Notes under the pieces: model-generated
Told to the model about the DNA's origin: nothing
Databases searched by the model: none
Seen by the model: only the letters and a program-made list of their open reading frames with translations
Translations under genes and position numbers: made by a program
Assembly: GCA_039190745.1 (NCBI GenBank)
Contig: JBCCXZ010000010.1
Coordinates: 15,161 to 79,160 of the forward strand
Direction of reading: 5' to 3'
DNA: 64,000 bases
Source: Planctomycetota bacterium
GTDB taxonomy: Bacteria > Planctomycetota > Planctomycetia > Pirellulales > Lacipirellulaceae
In this document: piece after piece, positions 29,444-39,712 of the stretch
Position numbering within the stretch: position 1 is the stretch's first letter
Layout of the letters: every line of letters starts with the position of its first letter

Positions 29444-30910
29444 ATGAAAAACACCCGCGACACCCAATCGCTGTTCGACCTCTCCAAACCCGGCCGCCGC
29501 GCCGCCCGGCTGCCGGCGTGCGACGTGCCCCAGCAGCCGCTCGAAGCGCTGCTGCCCGAGGGATCGTTCACCCAGTCGGCGCCGGAACTGCCGGAAGTCT
29601 CCGAGCCGCAGGTCGTGCGGCACTTCGTGAATCTCTCCACGCAGAACATGTCGGTCGACACGCACTTCTACCCGCTCGGCAGTTGCACGATGAAGTACAA
29701 CAGCAAGCGGAACGAACGCGCCGCCGCCCTGCCGGGCTTCGCCGACCTGCACCCGCTGCAGCCGGAGTCGACGCTCCAGGGCATGCTTGAGATGCTCTAC
29801 GGCCTGCAGACCTACCTGCAGGAAATCTCCGGCTTGGGGGCCTGCTCGCTGCACCCCGCCGCCGGCGCCCACGGCGAGTACGCCGCCCTGCTCGTGGCGG
29901 CAGCCTACTTCCAAGACATCGGCGAAGAGCGCACCAAGGTGCTCGTGCCCGACAACGCCCACGGCACGAACCCGGCCAGCGCCGTCATGGCGGGCTTCGA
30001 GTCGGTCTCGGTGAAGACGACTGATTCTGGGTTCGTCGACCTCGACGACTTCGAGGCGAAGCTGGACGACCAGATTGCCGTGTTCATGATCACCAACCCC
30101 AGCACGCTGGGGCTGTTCGAGGTGAACATGCAGGAGATCGCCGACCGGGTGCACGCCCGCGGCGGACTGATCTACCTCGACGGCGCCAACATGAACGCCA
30201 TCCTCGGCATCTCACGGCCGGGCGACTTCGGCGTCGACATGCAGCACTACAACCCGCACAAGACGTTCAGCGGCCCCCACGGCGGCGGCGGGCCGGGGGC
30301 GGGGCCGATCTGCGTGACCGACAAGCTCGCGCCCTACCTGCCGATGCCCGTCGTGCGGAAGCACGAGTCCGACGGCGGGGTACGCTACGCACTCGACCAT
30401 GAAATGCCGAAATCGATCGGCCAGATCCGCTCGTTCTTCGGCAACGTCGGCGTGCTGCTGCGGGCCTACTGCTACATCCGCACGCACGGGCCCGACGGGT
30501 TGAAGAGCGTCTCGGAAAACGCGGTCCTCAACGCAAACTACCTACTGAGCCGCGTCAAGCACATACTCCCCGTGCCGCAGGGCGACCGCTGCATGCACGA
30601 GTTCGTCGCCAGCGGGTCGGAGCTCAAGAGCGAAAAGGGCGTCACGGCGATGGACATCGCCAAGCGGCTGTTGGACTACGGCTTCCACGCCCCCACGGTC
30701 TACTTCCCCCTGACCGTGCCCGAGGCGATCATGGTCGAGCCGACTGAGACCGAGAGCAAAGAAACGCTCGACGCGTTCGCGGAGGTGTTGTTCCGGATCA
30801 CCGAAGAAGACCCCGAGCTGCTGCACGAGGCGCCGCACACCACCGCGATCAGCCGCCCCGACGAGGTGCAAGCCGCTAGGCAGCCGGTGCTCGCCTGCCC
30901 GATGTGCTAA
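29444..30910 (+). CDS. gcvPB: Glycine dehydrogenase subunit 2
   Basis: PLGSCTMKYN, AHGTNPAS, NPHKTFSGPHGGGGPG, EPTETESKE. Confidence 0.97.
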   Translation: MKNTRDTQSLFDLSKPGRRAARLPACDVPQQPLEALLPEGSFTQSAPELPEVSEPQVVRHFVNLSTQNMSVDTHFYPLGSCTMKYNSKRNERAAALPGFADLHPLQPESTLQGMLEMLYGLQTYLQEISGLGACSLHPAAGAHGEYAALLVAAAYFQDIGEERTKVLVPDNAHGTNPASAVMAGFESVSVKTTDSGFVDLDDFEAKLDDQIAVFMITNPSTLGLFEVNMQEIADRVHARGGLIYLDGANMNAILGISRPGDFGVDMQHYNPHKTFSGPHGGGGPGAGPICVTDKLAPYLPMPVVRKHESDGGVRYALDHEMPKSIGQIRSFFGNVGVLLRAYCYIRTHGPDGLKSVSENAVLNANYLLSRVKHILPVPQGDRCMHEFVASGSELKSEKGVTAMDIAKRLLDYGFHAPTVYFPLTVPEAIMVEPTETESKETLDAFAEVLFRITEEDPELLHEAPHTTAISRPDEVQAARQPVLACPMC

Positions 30911-30930
30911 AGGGGCGCCTTCAAGAGTCT

Positions 30931-31716
30931 GTGGCCGAACCCGACTACCGCCTGATTCAGGACCCGCCCGGCGACGGCGCCTGGAACATGGCGGTCGACC
31001 AGGCGTTGCTTCACGCAGCTGCCGACGGCGGCCCCGTCACGCTGCGGCTCTACCGGTGGGAGCGACCGACGCTGTCGCTCGGCTACTTCCAGGCGCACGC
31101 GGAGCGTGACGCCCACGCAGCAAGCCGGGGCGCCGACCTCGTGCGGCGCCAAAGCGGCGGCGGGGCGATCCTCCACGACCACGAGCTGACCTACAGCCTG
31201 GTCATACCGCCGGGGCGCCCGCTCGCGACGCAAACCCAGGCGCTCTACGACACGGTCCACGAGTCGCTCATCGCGATACTAACAGCGCTCCCTCCGCTGG
31301 CTGCCGACAGCGCATCTCTCCAACGGTTTGAAGCAGCCGATGGCGCCTTGCCGACAAATGAGCCGTTTCTCTGCTTCGAACGCCGCTCCGCGGGCGACAT
31401 CCTGCTCTCTTGCGGCAGCGGGTCCCACAAGATCGTCGGCAGCGCCCAACGCCGCTGGCGGGGAGCGGTTCTGCAGCACGGGAGTATCCTTCTGCGCAGA
31501 TCGGTGTCTGCCCCAGAATTGCCCGGGTTCTGCGACCTCACAAAAGCCGAGGAAAACGAAACCGAGCGTGCGCTCAGGCAAGAGTTGCCACAGCTGCTGA
31601 CCGGCTCCGCGGGCGGCCCGTTCGAAGAGTCCAGCCTCCCAGACGGTCTGCACGAAGCCGCCGCCGCGATCGCCGTCGATCGCTACCGCAGCAAGCTGTG
31701 GACGCAGCGTCGCTAA
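30931..31716 (+). CDS. Lipoate-protein ligase/octanoyltransferase family protein
   Basis: NMAVDQALL, TLSLGYFQ, RRQSGGGAILH, KIVGSAQRR, LQHGS; follows gcvPB; start uncertain (30904 or 30931). Confidence 0.9.
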   Translation: MAEPDYRLIQDPPGDGAWNMAVDQALLHAAADGGPVTLRLYRWERPTLSLGYFQAHAERDAHAASRGADLVRRQSGGGAILHDHELTYSLVIPPGRPLATQTQALYDTVHESLIAILTALPPLAADSASLQRFEAADGALPTNEPFLCFERRSAGDILLSCGSGSHKIVGSAQRRWRGAVLQHGSILLRRSVSAPELPGFCDLTKAEENETERALRQELPQLLTGSAGGPFEESSLPDGLHEAAAAIAVDRYRSKLWTQRR

Positions 31717-31971
31717 CGGCGGCGGCCCCATTTGGTCGATACTGAGAAAGGCTGTTCCGACGAGGCGAACCTAGCCTCGGGCCGCCAAAGCCTATAATTC
31801 CTGTGGCCGGCTTTCTGGGCAGGCCCAACTCGTCGTGCTAGTATGTTTAGCTTAGGAACAGAGTAGGTCGTCTCGGCCTGCCGCGGGGTCCCGCCCCGCG
31901 TCCCGCCTAATGGGTGCCGTGGGGGCCCCGAAAGGGCGGATTGAGCCGAAGAACGCCAAAGGTGTGCGCGT

Positions 31972-32664
31972 ATGGACGTCATCCTCAAGGTCATCAGCGG
32001 CGGCAAAAAAGGCGCTAAAGTTGCGCTCAAGAAGCCGGAATTCCTCATCGGCCGCAGCCAAGAGTGCCACCTCACCGCCGGCACCAACTCAATCAGCCGC
32101 AAGCACTGCGCCATCCGCCGAGACGGCACGCGGGTGACGATCGCGGACCTTGGCAGCCGCAACGGCACCAAGGTCAACGGCGAGAAGATCGCCGAAGAAA
32201 CCGAACTGAAGAGCGGCGACGAAATCGGCGTCGGCCCGCTGCAGTTCATGATCACGATGTCCACGGGCATCGCGAATGAGAAGAAGCCGAAGGTGAAGTC
32301 CGTCGCCGAGGCCGCAGAACGGGCCGCCGAACGAGGCTCCGACAGCGGCAGCCACAGCGTGGCCGAGGAAGACATCACCGAGTGGCTGCTAGGGACGCCA
32401 GACCCCGCACCCGCGGTCACCGAAACGCAGACGATCCGCATGGACGACACCGACGCGGTGCGCGTCCAGGCCGCGATCGCGACCGAGAATCAGAACGAAA
32501 CATCTACCGAAGACAACGCGGAGGCCGCCGAGGCGGAAGGCGAAGAAGGCGACAACCCAGACCAGCCGGAACCGGGCAAACTCCCGCCGATCCCAAAAGA
32601 GACTACCAAAGACAGCCGCGAAGCGGCGGCCCAGGCCCTGCGGAACTGGAACCGCCGCCGGTAG
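31972..32664 (+). CDS. FHA domain protein
   Basis: FLIGRSQEC...ISRKHC...DLGSRNGTKVNG; acidic C-terminal half. Confidence 0.93.
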   Translation: MDVILKVISGGKKGAKVALKKPEFLIGRSQECHLTAGTNSISRKHCAIRRDGTRVTIADLGSRNGTKVNGEKIAEETELKSGDEIGVGPLQFMITMSTGIANEKKPKVKSVAEAAERAAERGSDSGSHSVAEEDITEWLLGTPDPAPAVTETQTIRMDDTDAVRVQAAIATENQNETSTEDNAEAAEAEGEEGDNPDQPEPGKLPPIPKETTKDSREAAAQALRNWNRRR

Positions 32665-32689
32665 CGGCTTCTGTCTCGGTTTTCGCAGC

Positions 32690-33286
32690 CTAGAAGGCGG
32701 CGGCTTCTTCGGGCAACTCGGCGAGTTCGTCGCCGGCAGCTTGCTCATCCGCAGCTAGCCCATCGTCCCCGGCAGGGTTGTACTCGCCCGAAGCGAACGA
32801 GGCGTCGACGCTGGCCTCGCCCGTCGCGGCGACCGCGGCTTGCTCCGCCGGCGAGAGCTTCACGTAGCCAAGGCCGCGGACGACTTCCAGCACCTCGCTG
32901 CAAGTGGGGAACATCCGGCCGTTGTTCCGCTTGTACTCGTCCATGGCGTTCATGAACTCCACCTCTAGGTCGCTGTAGTCGCGTTCGCAGGTGGTGGGGT
33001 CGATCTGGCGCCGACGCTGTACCTTCTGGCGCCGCTCGCCGGTGGCGGGCACGGCCGGCTCAGAACCGTCCTCGTTCTCACGGCGGCGGTCGATCGTCAC
33101 CAACTCCTCAGCCGGGTCGGCGGCCTTCTTCTTCGAGGCCTTTTTCTTCGCAGAATCCGAGGCCGCGGCCTTGGGGGAACGCTTGGAACCGGCCGCGCTC
33201 TTCTTGGCGGGGGCCTTGCGCTTGGCGGAGGCGGTCTTGGCGGAAGCGGACAACTTTTTGGACGAAGCGGTCTTCTTGGTCGGCAC
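32690..33286 (-). CDS. Hypothetical protein with Lys/Ala/Ser-rich N-terminus
   Basis: GGAGA RBS; DRRR...[51 protein letters not shown] core. Confidence 0.8.
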   Translation of the reverse strand: MPTKKTASSKKLSASAKTASAKRKAPAKKSAAGSKRSPKAAASDSAKKKASKKKAADPAEELVTIDRRRENEDGSEPAVPATGERRQKVQRRRQIDPTTCERDYSDLEVEFMNAMDEYKRNNGRMFPTCSEVLEVVRGLGYVKLSPAEQAAVAATGEASVDASFASGEYNPAGDDGLAADEQAAGDELAELPEEAAAF

Positions 33287-33566
33287 GGGGAAGGTCTCCA
33301 GGGGCGGGTGAGAACTGGGGAGGGCCGCGGGTCCGTCCCGGCATTGCTAGCAGAGTTCGACAAACATACCCGGCAAAATAGACCGACGGGGCCAAGTTTC
33401 CGGCCTGCGTAGAGATAACGGCCAGTCCGGGTGGTCGGGTCTGCGCAAGCGTTCGGGTTGTGCATCCGCCTTGCCGCGGTTTGGCGCGGTTGCTACGGTC
33501 CGCACCCCTCAGGCCGCCCCCGCCGGTCCTGGGACCCGTTGTTGCCAATCCCCGGAGCACGCGGAC

Positions 33567-34325
33567 GTGTGCACCCACCGACCTCGCCGCCATAACCCGA
33601 CCGCCCGTGTGATGCTCGCCGTGGCCGCCGCCTCGCTCGCCTCGGCGGCCGGCTGCAGCCGCGTCACCTCGCAATCGCTCAACGCCGACGGCGTGCGGCT
33701 CTACCAGTCGGGCAACTACCAGGCGGCGACCGAGCAGTTCCAGAAGGCGATCGCCAGCAACCCCGAATCGGCCGACGGCTACTACAACCTGGCCTCGTCG
33801 CTCCACCAGAGCGGCAAGGTGCAGAACCGGCCCGACGACCTCCGCCGGGCCGAGGAATTGTACAACCAGGCGTTGAACTACTCGCCAGACCACGCCGACA
33901 GCTACCGCGGCCTGGCCGTGCTGCTGACCGACACCGGCCGCCGCGACGCGGCGTTCCGGCTGCTCGAGGGCTGGGCCGCCCGGAGCCCGCAGCTCGCCGA
34001 CCCCCGGATCGAACTGGCACGGCTGCTCGAAGAGAGCGGCAGCTCTCAGCAGGCCACCACGCGGTTGGTCGAGGCGCTGGTGATCGACCCCCAGAACGCC
34101 CGGGCCCTAACGGCCCTAGGCCGGCTCCGCGAGCAATCGGGCGACACCGCCCAAGCGCTGGCCAACTACGAGCGGTCACTGAACGTGAACCGGTTCCAGC
34201 CGGAGATCGCCGCCCGCGTCGCGATGCTCAAAGCCAACGGCAGCGCGTCGGCGCTGCCCATGGGCCCGCCGAGCCAGCCTACGACGCGCACCGTGCAGCA
34301 GACGCGGCCGACAGTCCGCTACTAG
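33567..34325 (+). CDS. TPR-repeat lipoprotein
   Basis: Lipobox-like AAGC; TPR repeats (ADGYYNLA, ADSYRGLA, ARALTALG); start uncertain. Confidence 0.85.
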   Translation: MCTHRPRRHNPTARVMLAVAAASLASAAGCSRVTSQSLNADGVRLYQSGNYQAATEQFQKAIASNPESADGYYNLASSLHQSGKVQNRPDDLRRAEELYNQALNYSPDHADSYRGLAVLLTDTGRRDAAFRLLEGWAARSPQLADPRIELARLLEESGSSQQATTRLVEALVIDPQNARALTALGRLREQSGDTAQALANYERSLNVNRFQPEIAARVAMLKANGSASALPMGPPSQPTTRTVQQTRPTVRY

Positions 34326-35596
34326 CGGAGGCCGTGCTTCCGGCCGAGATGTTCCAGCGCCTCGCACGTCTTGCCGAGCCCGTTTCCGCCGTCGGCCCGT
34401 TCCGCTAAACGCTCGGCGGTCTCCCCGGCCTCGTCGTCGGAAAGCAAATCATCGAGCAACCGGTACAATCGGTCCGCGTCGACCCTGCCCCAGCGGAGCA
34501 CACGGGCCACCCCTAGCTCAACCAGCCGCGAGGCGTTGTCAAACTGGTCGAACGCAATCGGCGTCACCAGATGCCGCACTCCCGCGGCGAGCCCCTGCGA
34601 GCAGGTGCCGATACCCCCGTGGTGCACCAGCGCCGCCGCCCGCGGAAGCAGCGTGCTGAACGGCACGTAGTCGAAGTGAGCGACGCCCTCCGGCAGCGGG
34701 TCCGGGATTTGGTCGGGGTACTTGCTCACCAACAAGCCGCGGCGACCGAGCCGCCGGCAGGCCTCGGCCGCGGCGTGGAAGAAGTCGGCCGAGCGGGTCA
34801 TCGCAGAGCCCGGCGCGAACACGACCGGCCGCTCGCCCGCGGCGAGGAAGGCTTCGACGCGCTCGTCGAGGCGCCCACCGGCGGGATCGTCGCCAACCCT
34901 GTCCCACAGCGGGAAGCCGGTCGCGGTGTAGCTCGCCGGCCAGTCGGGCTGCGTCGGGGCGAACCACTCCGGGTACATTCCCACAACCAGCTCCGGCGAG
35001 AGGAACCAATCGCCCAAGATACGGCTTGCGGCCGGCAGCCCCTTCTCGGCGAGCAAACCGTTCACCGCGGGGCCCAGCAGCCGATCGACAATCAGCTTGT
35101 CCGCAAGCCAAAACTGGGCCCGCCGCAACCACCTCGGCGTCCGCTCGGACATCAGCATCCCGAACATCTGCGGCGAGCGGTGCATGCTCCGCAGCGAAAT
35201 CGGCGCGTAGAAAACGGTGGCCATGGGGGCCCGTCCCTCGAGCTGGAGCACCCGGCTGGCCAGGTCGAGCGTGTGGGCGCCGAGCAGCGTCCTCCCCGGC
35301 CGCAGTTTCGTGTCGAGCAGCTCGTAGAGCGGGCGGACCAGGTGGGCGCCGTTAGCCCGCAGGACGAAGGCCGGCCCGCGGAGCGGGTGCCACAAGTCGG
35401 GGTCGGAAGTCAGCTCGTGGTACTCTTCGACGGTACCGATCGGAAGGATATCGACGCCCGCCGCCTCCAGCACTGGGGCGAAGTAGGGGTTGGCGACCAC
35501 CTCCACATCGTGCCCGCGGGCCCGCATCGCGGCGCCAAGCCCCGCCATCGGCAGCACGTCGCCGTAGCTGCCCAGCGCTGTTAGGATCAGGTGCAT
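34322..35596 (-). CDS. Family 1 glycosyltransferase (RhlB/sterol GT-like)
   Basis: GSYGDVLP N-terminus; HHGGIGT...FDQFDNA. Confidence 0.9.
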   Translation of the reverse strand: MHLILTALGSYGDVLPMAGLGAAMRARGHDVEVVANPYFAPVLEAAGVDILPIGTVEEYHELTSDPDLWHPLRGPAFVLRANGAHLVRPLYELLDTKLRPGRTLLGAHTLDLASRVLQLEGRAPMATVFYAPISLRSMHRSPQMFGMLMSERTPRWLRRAQFWLADKLIVDRLLGPAVNGLLAEKGLPAASRILGDWFLSPELVVGMYPEWFAPTQPDWPASYTATGFPLWDRVGDDPAGGRLDERVEAFLAAGERPVVFAPGSAMTRSADFFHAAAEACRRLGRRGLLVSKYPDQIPDPLPEGVAHFDYVPFSTLLPRAAALVHHGGIGTCSQGLAAGVRHLVTPIAFDQFDNASRLVELGVARVLRWGRVDADRLYRLLDDLLSDDEAGETAERLAERADGGNGLGKTCEALEHLGRKHGLR

Positions 35597-35655
35597 CCGT
35601 TCAACTCGGTGATCTTCGACCGCAAGGACAGGGCAGGCAATAGAGAGTATTGGGC

Positions 35656-36423
35656 ATGAGCGACGCCTCGGCTACACCCCCTCACCCGGACGACGACGAG
35701 GACGACGACCTGGAGCTCGAGATCGAGCCGGTCGACCCCGAGATTCTCGCACGGGAAAAGCAGCGCGTTGCGGAGAAGGCGAAACGCGCGGAGGCCTCGA
35801 TCGAGTTCGACGACCTCTACGACCGCTCGGAAGCCGACGAGCTGATGGACTTCAACTGGGTGAAGGACTTCCGCTTCACGACCCGGCACCTGCTGGTCGC
35901 AACGGCCCTGCTCGCGATCTACTTCACGCTGATCAACCTCTTCAACTTCGCGGCCGGCACCTTCGTGGCGTTCCTGCTCTCGGTCAGCTACGGCTGGTGG
36001 TTTGTCCGCAGGGAGGAAGCACGCAAGGAAGCCGAGCTGGAAAAGCGTCGTGCGGCTTACAAAGCACGCCTCCGCGCCGAACGCAAAGGGGAGCCGCTCA
36101 CCGACGGACGCCCGCCGCTGGAGTTCGACGCATCGCCCGACGACGCGTCCCCCAACAATGCCGTGGGCAAGGGCGCGGCGTTCCGCCCTTCATTCTCCGT
36201 GAAGGAGCTGCTAATCGGGATGACGGTCGCCGCAGTGTTCCTGGCTTCGGCGAAGTTCGTCGGCGGCACCGACAACCTCGCCCTGCTGCTCGGCTTCCTC
36301 TCACTGGGAGGGCTGCTCGTGAACGCCTTTGGCTTCGAGCCGCCCAAGCAGGTGACGCTCGCCTGGTGGTGGCTGCTGGTGCTGTACATCGGCGTCAGCC
36401 TCTGGTCCGCGTTCATAGGGTAG
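35656..36423 (+). CDS. Hypothetical membrane protein
   Basis: Acidic N-terminus, several TM helices, two F(T/S)xxxLL repeats. Confidence 0.75.
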   Translation: MSDASATPPHPDDDEDDDLELEIEPVDPEILAREKQRVAEKAKRAEASIEFDDLYDRSEADELMDFNWVKDFRFTTRHLLVATALLAIYFTLINLFNFAAGTFVAFLLSVSYGWWFVRREEARKEAELEKRRAAYKARLRAERKGEPLTDGRPPLEFDASPDDASPNNAVGKGAAFRPSFSVKELLIGMTVAAVFLASAKFVGGTDNLALLLGFLSLGGLLVNAFGFEPPKQVTLAWWWLLVLYIGVSLWSAFIG

Positions 36424-36430
36424 CCGGGCT

Positions 36431-38236
36431 CTACTCCGAGGCGGCAGTGGCCCCGGCCTGCGTGTGGACCCAACGGTCGACGTTCTGCTCCAAGATGTCC
36501 AGCGGCACCGCGCCGCCGCCGAGCACCACGTCGTGAAACGCCCGCACGTCGAACCGCGAGCCGAGTTGCTCTTCCGCCCCGGCACGCAGCTCGCGGATCT
36601 TCAGCTCGCCCGTCTTGTAGGCTAGCGCCTGCCCAGGCCAGGCGATGTAGCGGTCCACCTCAGCCGCGATGTTGTGGGCCGACATCGCCGAGTTGGCCTG
36701 CAGAAACTCGATCGCCTGTTCGCGCGTCCAACCGAAATAGTGGATGCCCGTGTCGACCACCAATCGGCAAGCCCGCCAGATTTCCATCGTCAGCCGGCCA
36801 AAATTGCTGTAGGGGTCTTCGTAGAAGCCCATCTCCAGGCCCAGCCGCTCCGCGTAGAGGGCCCAGCCTTCAACAAACGCCGTGAAGCCGCCGAACTTGC
36901 GGAAGTTCGGCAGGCCCTCCATTTCCTGCTGCAAAGCCAGCTGCAGGTGGTGCCCCGGCACGGCCTCGTGCAGAGACAACGCCGCCACCGTGTACAACGG
37001 CCGGCTCTTCAGGTTGTAGGTGTTCATGTAGAAGAACCCCGCGCGGCTGCCGTCGCCGCTGGGACGCATGTAGTAGGCCGAGGTCGTCCGCGGGGCGATG
37101 TACTCCGGCACCGGCCGCACCCCGTAGGGCATCCGCGGCAGCCGTCCGAAGAGCTCCGGCAGCTTGCCGTCCGCCGTCTTCAGCACAAACGCGACCTCTT
37201 TCAGCAGCGTCTCTTCGTCGTCGGCGTAGAACTGCGGCGCGGTCCGCAGGTGCTCGGTGAACGCGGCGAAGTCGCCGTCGAAGCCGACCTCGCGGATGAT
37301 GTCGTCCATCTCACCGCGGATCCGCTCCACCTCGGCCAGCCCGCGCTGGTGCACCTCTTCGGGCGTGGTGTCGAGCGTCGTGTACCGTCGCACGCGGTGG
37401 CGGTAGAATGCCCGCCCGTCCTCCAAAGCCGAGATGCCGATCGACCCCCGCGCCTGCGGCACGTACTCGTCGGCCATGAAGTCGCGGAACCGCCGGTACC
37501 CGGCCACCACGCCCTCGGCGATCGCCGCCCGGCCGGCGCTGCGGAGGCGCTCGTGCTCGGCGGCGTCGACCGTCGAGGGGAATTCCGCCAACGGTTCGTA
37601 GAGCAAACTCTGCTCGGGGCGGTCGACGATGTGCGTGTCGACCGACTCTTGCCAACCCTCCAGTGTCACCGCGGACAGCGTCTTGCCCGACTCGATCCCG
37701 GCGCGCATCAGCTCGATGTGCCCCGCGGCGTACCCGTCGAACGACGCCAGCCGGGCGATGTAGTCCTCGTAATCGTCGACCGTCACGAGCGTCATCTCGC
37801 GCCGCAGTTCGGGGAAATCAACGTGGAAACCGCTGCGGTGCGTGATCGGCCGGAAGTGCGCCTGGTACTTGTGCTCGGCGATCCGCTCTTCAATCTGCCG
37901 GAACTGGATGTCGTAGTCGGCCAGCCGACCGGCGGGCAATGCGTCGCGGTCAATCGCCGTGAGTTGATCGCGGAAGACGCGCATCCGCTCGGCGCGGCGG
38001 TCGCTGTCGGCCAGCGACGTCGGCGAGAGCCGGTCGTTGTACCGGCGGTCGCCCACGCTCGTGGCGAACCAGGGGAACTCTTGGAGCCGGAACTCCCAAA
38101 CGTCGTTGGCGATTGCGTCGAACGCGGCCTCCGCGTCGGACGCTCCCCCGTCTGTTGCCAGCCCCGAGCGGCACGGCGTTAGGACAAATGCGATCAAGAA
38201 CGAAACGGGGAGAATCAGGAGGCGCAAATGTGGCAT
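36431..38236 (-). CDS. DUF885 family protein
   Basis: HEAVPGHHLQ, EGWALYAE, RLVVDTGIH, EVDRYIAWPGQALAYK; signal peptide from ATG 38236. Confidence 0.93.
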   Translation of the reverse strand: MPHLRLLILPVSFLIAFVLTPCRSGLATDGGASDAEAAFDAIANDVWEFRLQEFPWFATSVGDRRYNDRLSPTSLADSDRRAERMRVFRDQLTAIDRDALPAGRLADYDIQFRQIEERIAEHKYQAHFRPITHRSGFHVDFPELRREMTLVTVDDYEDYIARLASFDGYAAGHIELMRAGIESGKTLSAVTLEGWQESVDTHIVDRPEQSLLYEPLAEFPSTVDAAEHERLRSAGRAAIAEGVVAGYRRFRDFMADEYVPQARGSIGISALEDGRAFYRHRVRRYTTLDTTPEEVHQRGLAEVERIRGEMDDIIREVGFDGDFAAFTEHLRTAPQFYADDEETLLKEVAFVLKTADGKLPELFGRLPRMPYGVRPVPEYIAPRTTSAYYMRPSGDGSRAGFFYMNTYNLKSRPLYTVAALSLHEAVPGHHLQLALQQEMEGLPNFRKFGGFTAFVEGWALYAERLGLEMGFYEDPYSNFGRLTMEIWRACRLVVDTGIHYFGWTREQAIEFLQANSAMSAHNIAAEVDRYIAWPGQALAYKTGELKIRELRAGAEEQLGSRFDVRAFHDVVLGGGAVPLDILEQNVDRWVHTQAGATAASE

Positions 38237-38316
38237 CTCTAGAGGCGCCCCGGGGATTGAAAAGTCGTCGGCCGGCAGCCGCAACTTAACACGCCCCCAA
38301 CGCCCGGGCCAACCGC

Positions 38317-38826
38317 CTACCGCAACGGCTTCTTGCCCATCAGACGCCGCAGCAGCGCGATCTGCCCGGCGTGTACCAGCTCGTGCTTGCTGCACCACTC
38401 GACGGCCCCGAGCTTCGTGGTGAACACCGGATGCGGCGGCTCCGTCGGCGTGTCGAGCGCTTCGCCGGTCGTCTCGGCAAGCTCCGCGAGCGTCCGCTCG
38501 TGGACACCGCTGAGCACCCGGCGGAACTCTGCGACCGAAGGGTTGTCCGCAGGATCGGGCTCGGCGTAGCTGCGGATCTTGAACAGTTCCATGAACCCGA
38601 TCGGCGCGAACGACTCGTCCTCCTCACGCCGGCCGCGCACACGTTTGAGGCACAAGCTGTACTCGGCGTACGCGATGTGGCCCACCTGCCAGGCGACGTG
38701 CGTGTCAAACCCCGGCGGACGCCAGTACCACTGCTCGTCGGTGAGGTCTTCCAAGAACGGCAGCGTGAAGTTGCGCGAGAAACGGAGCTGCTCGATCGCT
38801 TGGGCTAGTCGGTCGTTGGGAGTCAT
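38317..38826 (-). CDS. DinB family protein
   Basis: HVAWQVGHIA...HELVHAGQI three-His pattern. Confidence 0.88.
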   Translation of the reverse strand: MTPNDRLAQAIEQLRFSRNFTLPFLEDLTDEQWYWRPPGFDTHVAWQVGHIAYAEYSLCLKRVRGRREEDESFAPIGFMELFKIRSYAEPDPADNPSVAEFRRVLSGVHERTLAELAETTGEALDTPTEPPHPVFTTKLGAVEWCSKHELVHAGQIALLRRLMGKKPLR

Positions 38827-38866
38827 ACTCGAAGGGTCCTTTCCTGCGTCAGGCTAGCACAAGCCG

Positions 38867-39226
38867 CTAACGCGCACACCGTCCCTCGCAAGAGTCTGAG
38901 CATCGCGCGCCGTTCTTCTTAGCGAGCATTGCCTTGGCCAACAGATCCTCGGCACGCTTCCGCTTGGCATGAGCCCGCGCCCGGCAGAGCAGGCACGGCA
39001 TCCGCACCAACCCGCCGCAACCCCCGCACCGCTCGGGCAAGTAGCTCAGCCCGTCGCGGCCGACGTGCTGCTCACCCGGCTCGCGGCCGTATAGACCACG
39101 CGCACCGCTGGCGACCTGGGCCACCGTTCCACGGCTGACGCCCACGCTGCGGGCGATCGCCCGTTGTGAGTGCCCGCCGTCGTCCAGCAGCTTGCGGACT
39201 TCTTTGATCTTCTCGAGTGGCAGCAT
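38867..39226 (-). CDS. Small HTH + CxxC/CxxC Zn-finger protein
   Basis: SQRAIARSVGVSRGTV HTH; RCGGCGGLVRMPCLLC. Confidence 0.8.
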   Translation of the reverse strand: MLPLEKIKEVRKLLDDGGHSQRAIARSVGVSRGTVAQVASGARGLYGREPGEQHVGRDGLSYLPERCGGCGGLVRMPCLLCRARAHAKRKRAEDLLAKAMLAKKNGARCSDSCEGRCAR

Positions 39227-39287
39227 CGCAGTACCTAACCAGAGGGTCCCGGGGAGCAGAACGACGCGGAATCGCGACCGCGGGGCA

Positions 39288-39554
39288 TCATGCGTCGCCG
39301 GTCCAGAAGTCCCCCGGCTCGGGGTACGGGTCCAACTCGCCTTCTTCGGGCAGGAAGGCGTCGAGGTCGGCGTCGCTCAACACTCGCTGCGATCTCGGGA
39401 CGGGCGAAGTGCGCGACGGCTCGGGCGTGCCGCCGCTGCCTGGGTGCGAGGGGGTGCGCGGCGAATGAGCTTGCCGATCTATGCCTTCTCGAATCGAGGG
39501 CTCATTGCGGAAGGGGCGGGACTCGTGGGGGCTGGAGAAGCTGGGGCGGCTCAT
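39288..39554 (-). CDS. Small disordered protein with acidic PEPGDFW C-terminus
   Basis: Purine-rich RBS before ATG 39554; Pro/Ser-rich body then DADLDAFLPEEGELDPYPEPGDFW. Confidence 0.55.
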   Translation of the reverse strand: MSRPSFSSPHESRPFRNEPSIREGIDRQAHSPRTPSHPGSGGTPEPSRTSPVPRSQRVLSDADLDAFLPEEGELDPYPEPGDFWTGDA

Positions 39555-39667
39555 GGTGGTTTCTTCTCTCGTTACTGGCGGCGGTTTTTTCTGGCGGCTC
39601 CCGCCCGTGTCCTTAAGGCGGCCGGACATTCCTGCGCCGAGGCAGCCTCGACGCGAACAGAAAACTA

Positions 39668-39712
39668 GCAGAAATAGTGGCCACAAAATATACAATTGTT
39701 CACTATTTTTGC
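39668..39712. promoter_or_regulatory. AT-rich imperfect palindrome, putative operator
   Basis: GCAGAAATAGTG...CACTATTTTTGC (11/12 dyad) enclosing TATACA-AT-TGTTCA. Confidence 0.5.

Noticed and set aside
39677..39704. AT-rich palindrome as the dif site
   Set aside because: Partial resemblance, but lacks the TTAT start of the XerD arm and needs a 7-nt core; treated as an operator candidate instead.
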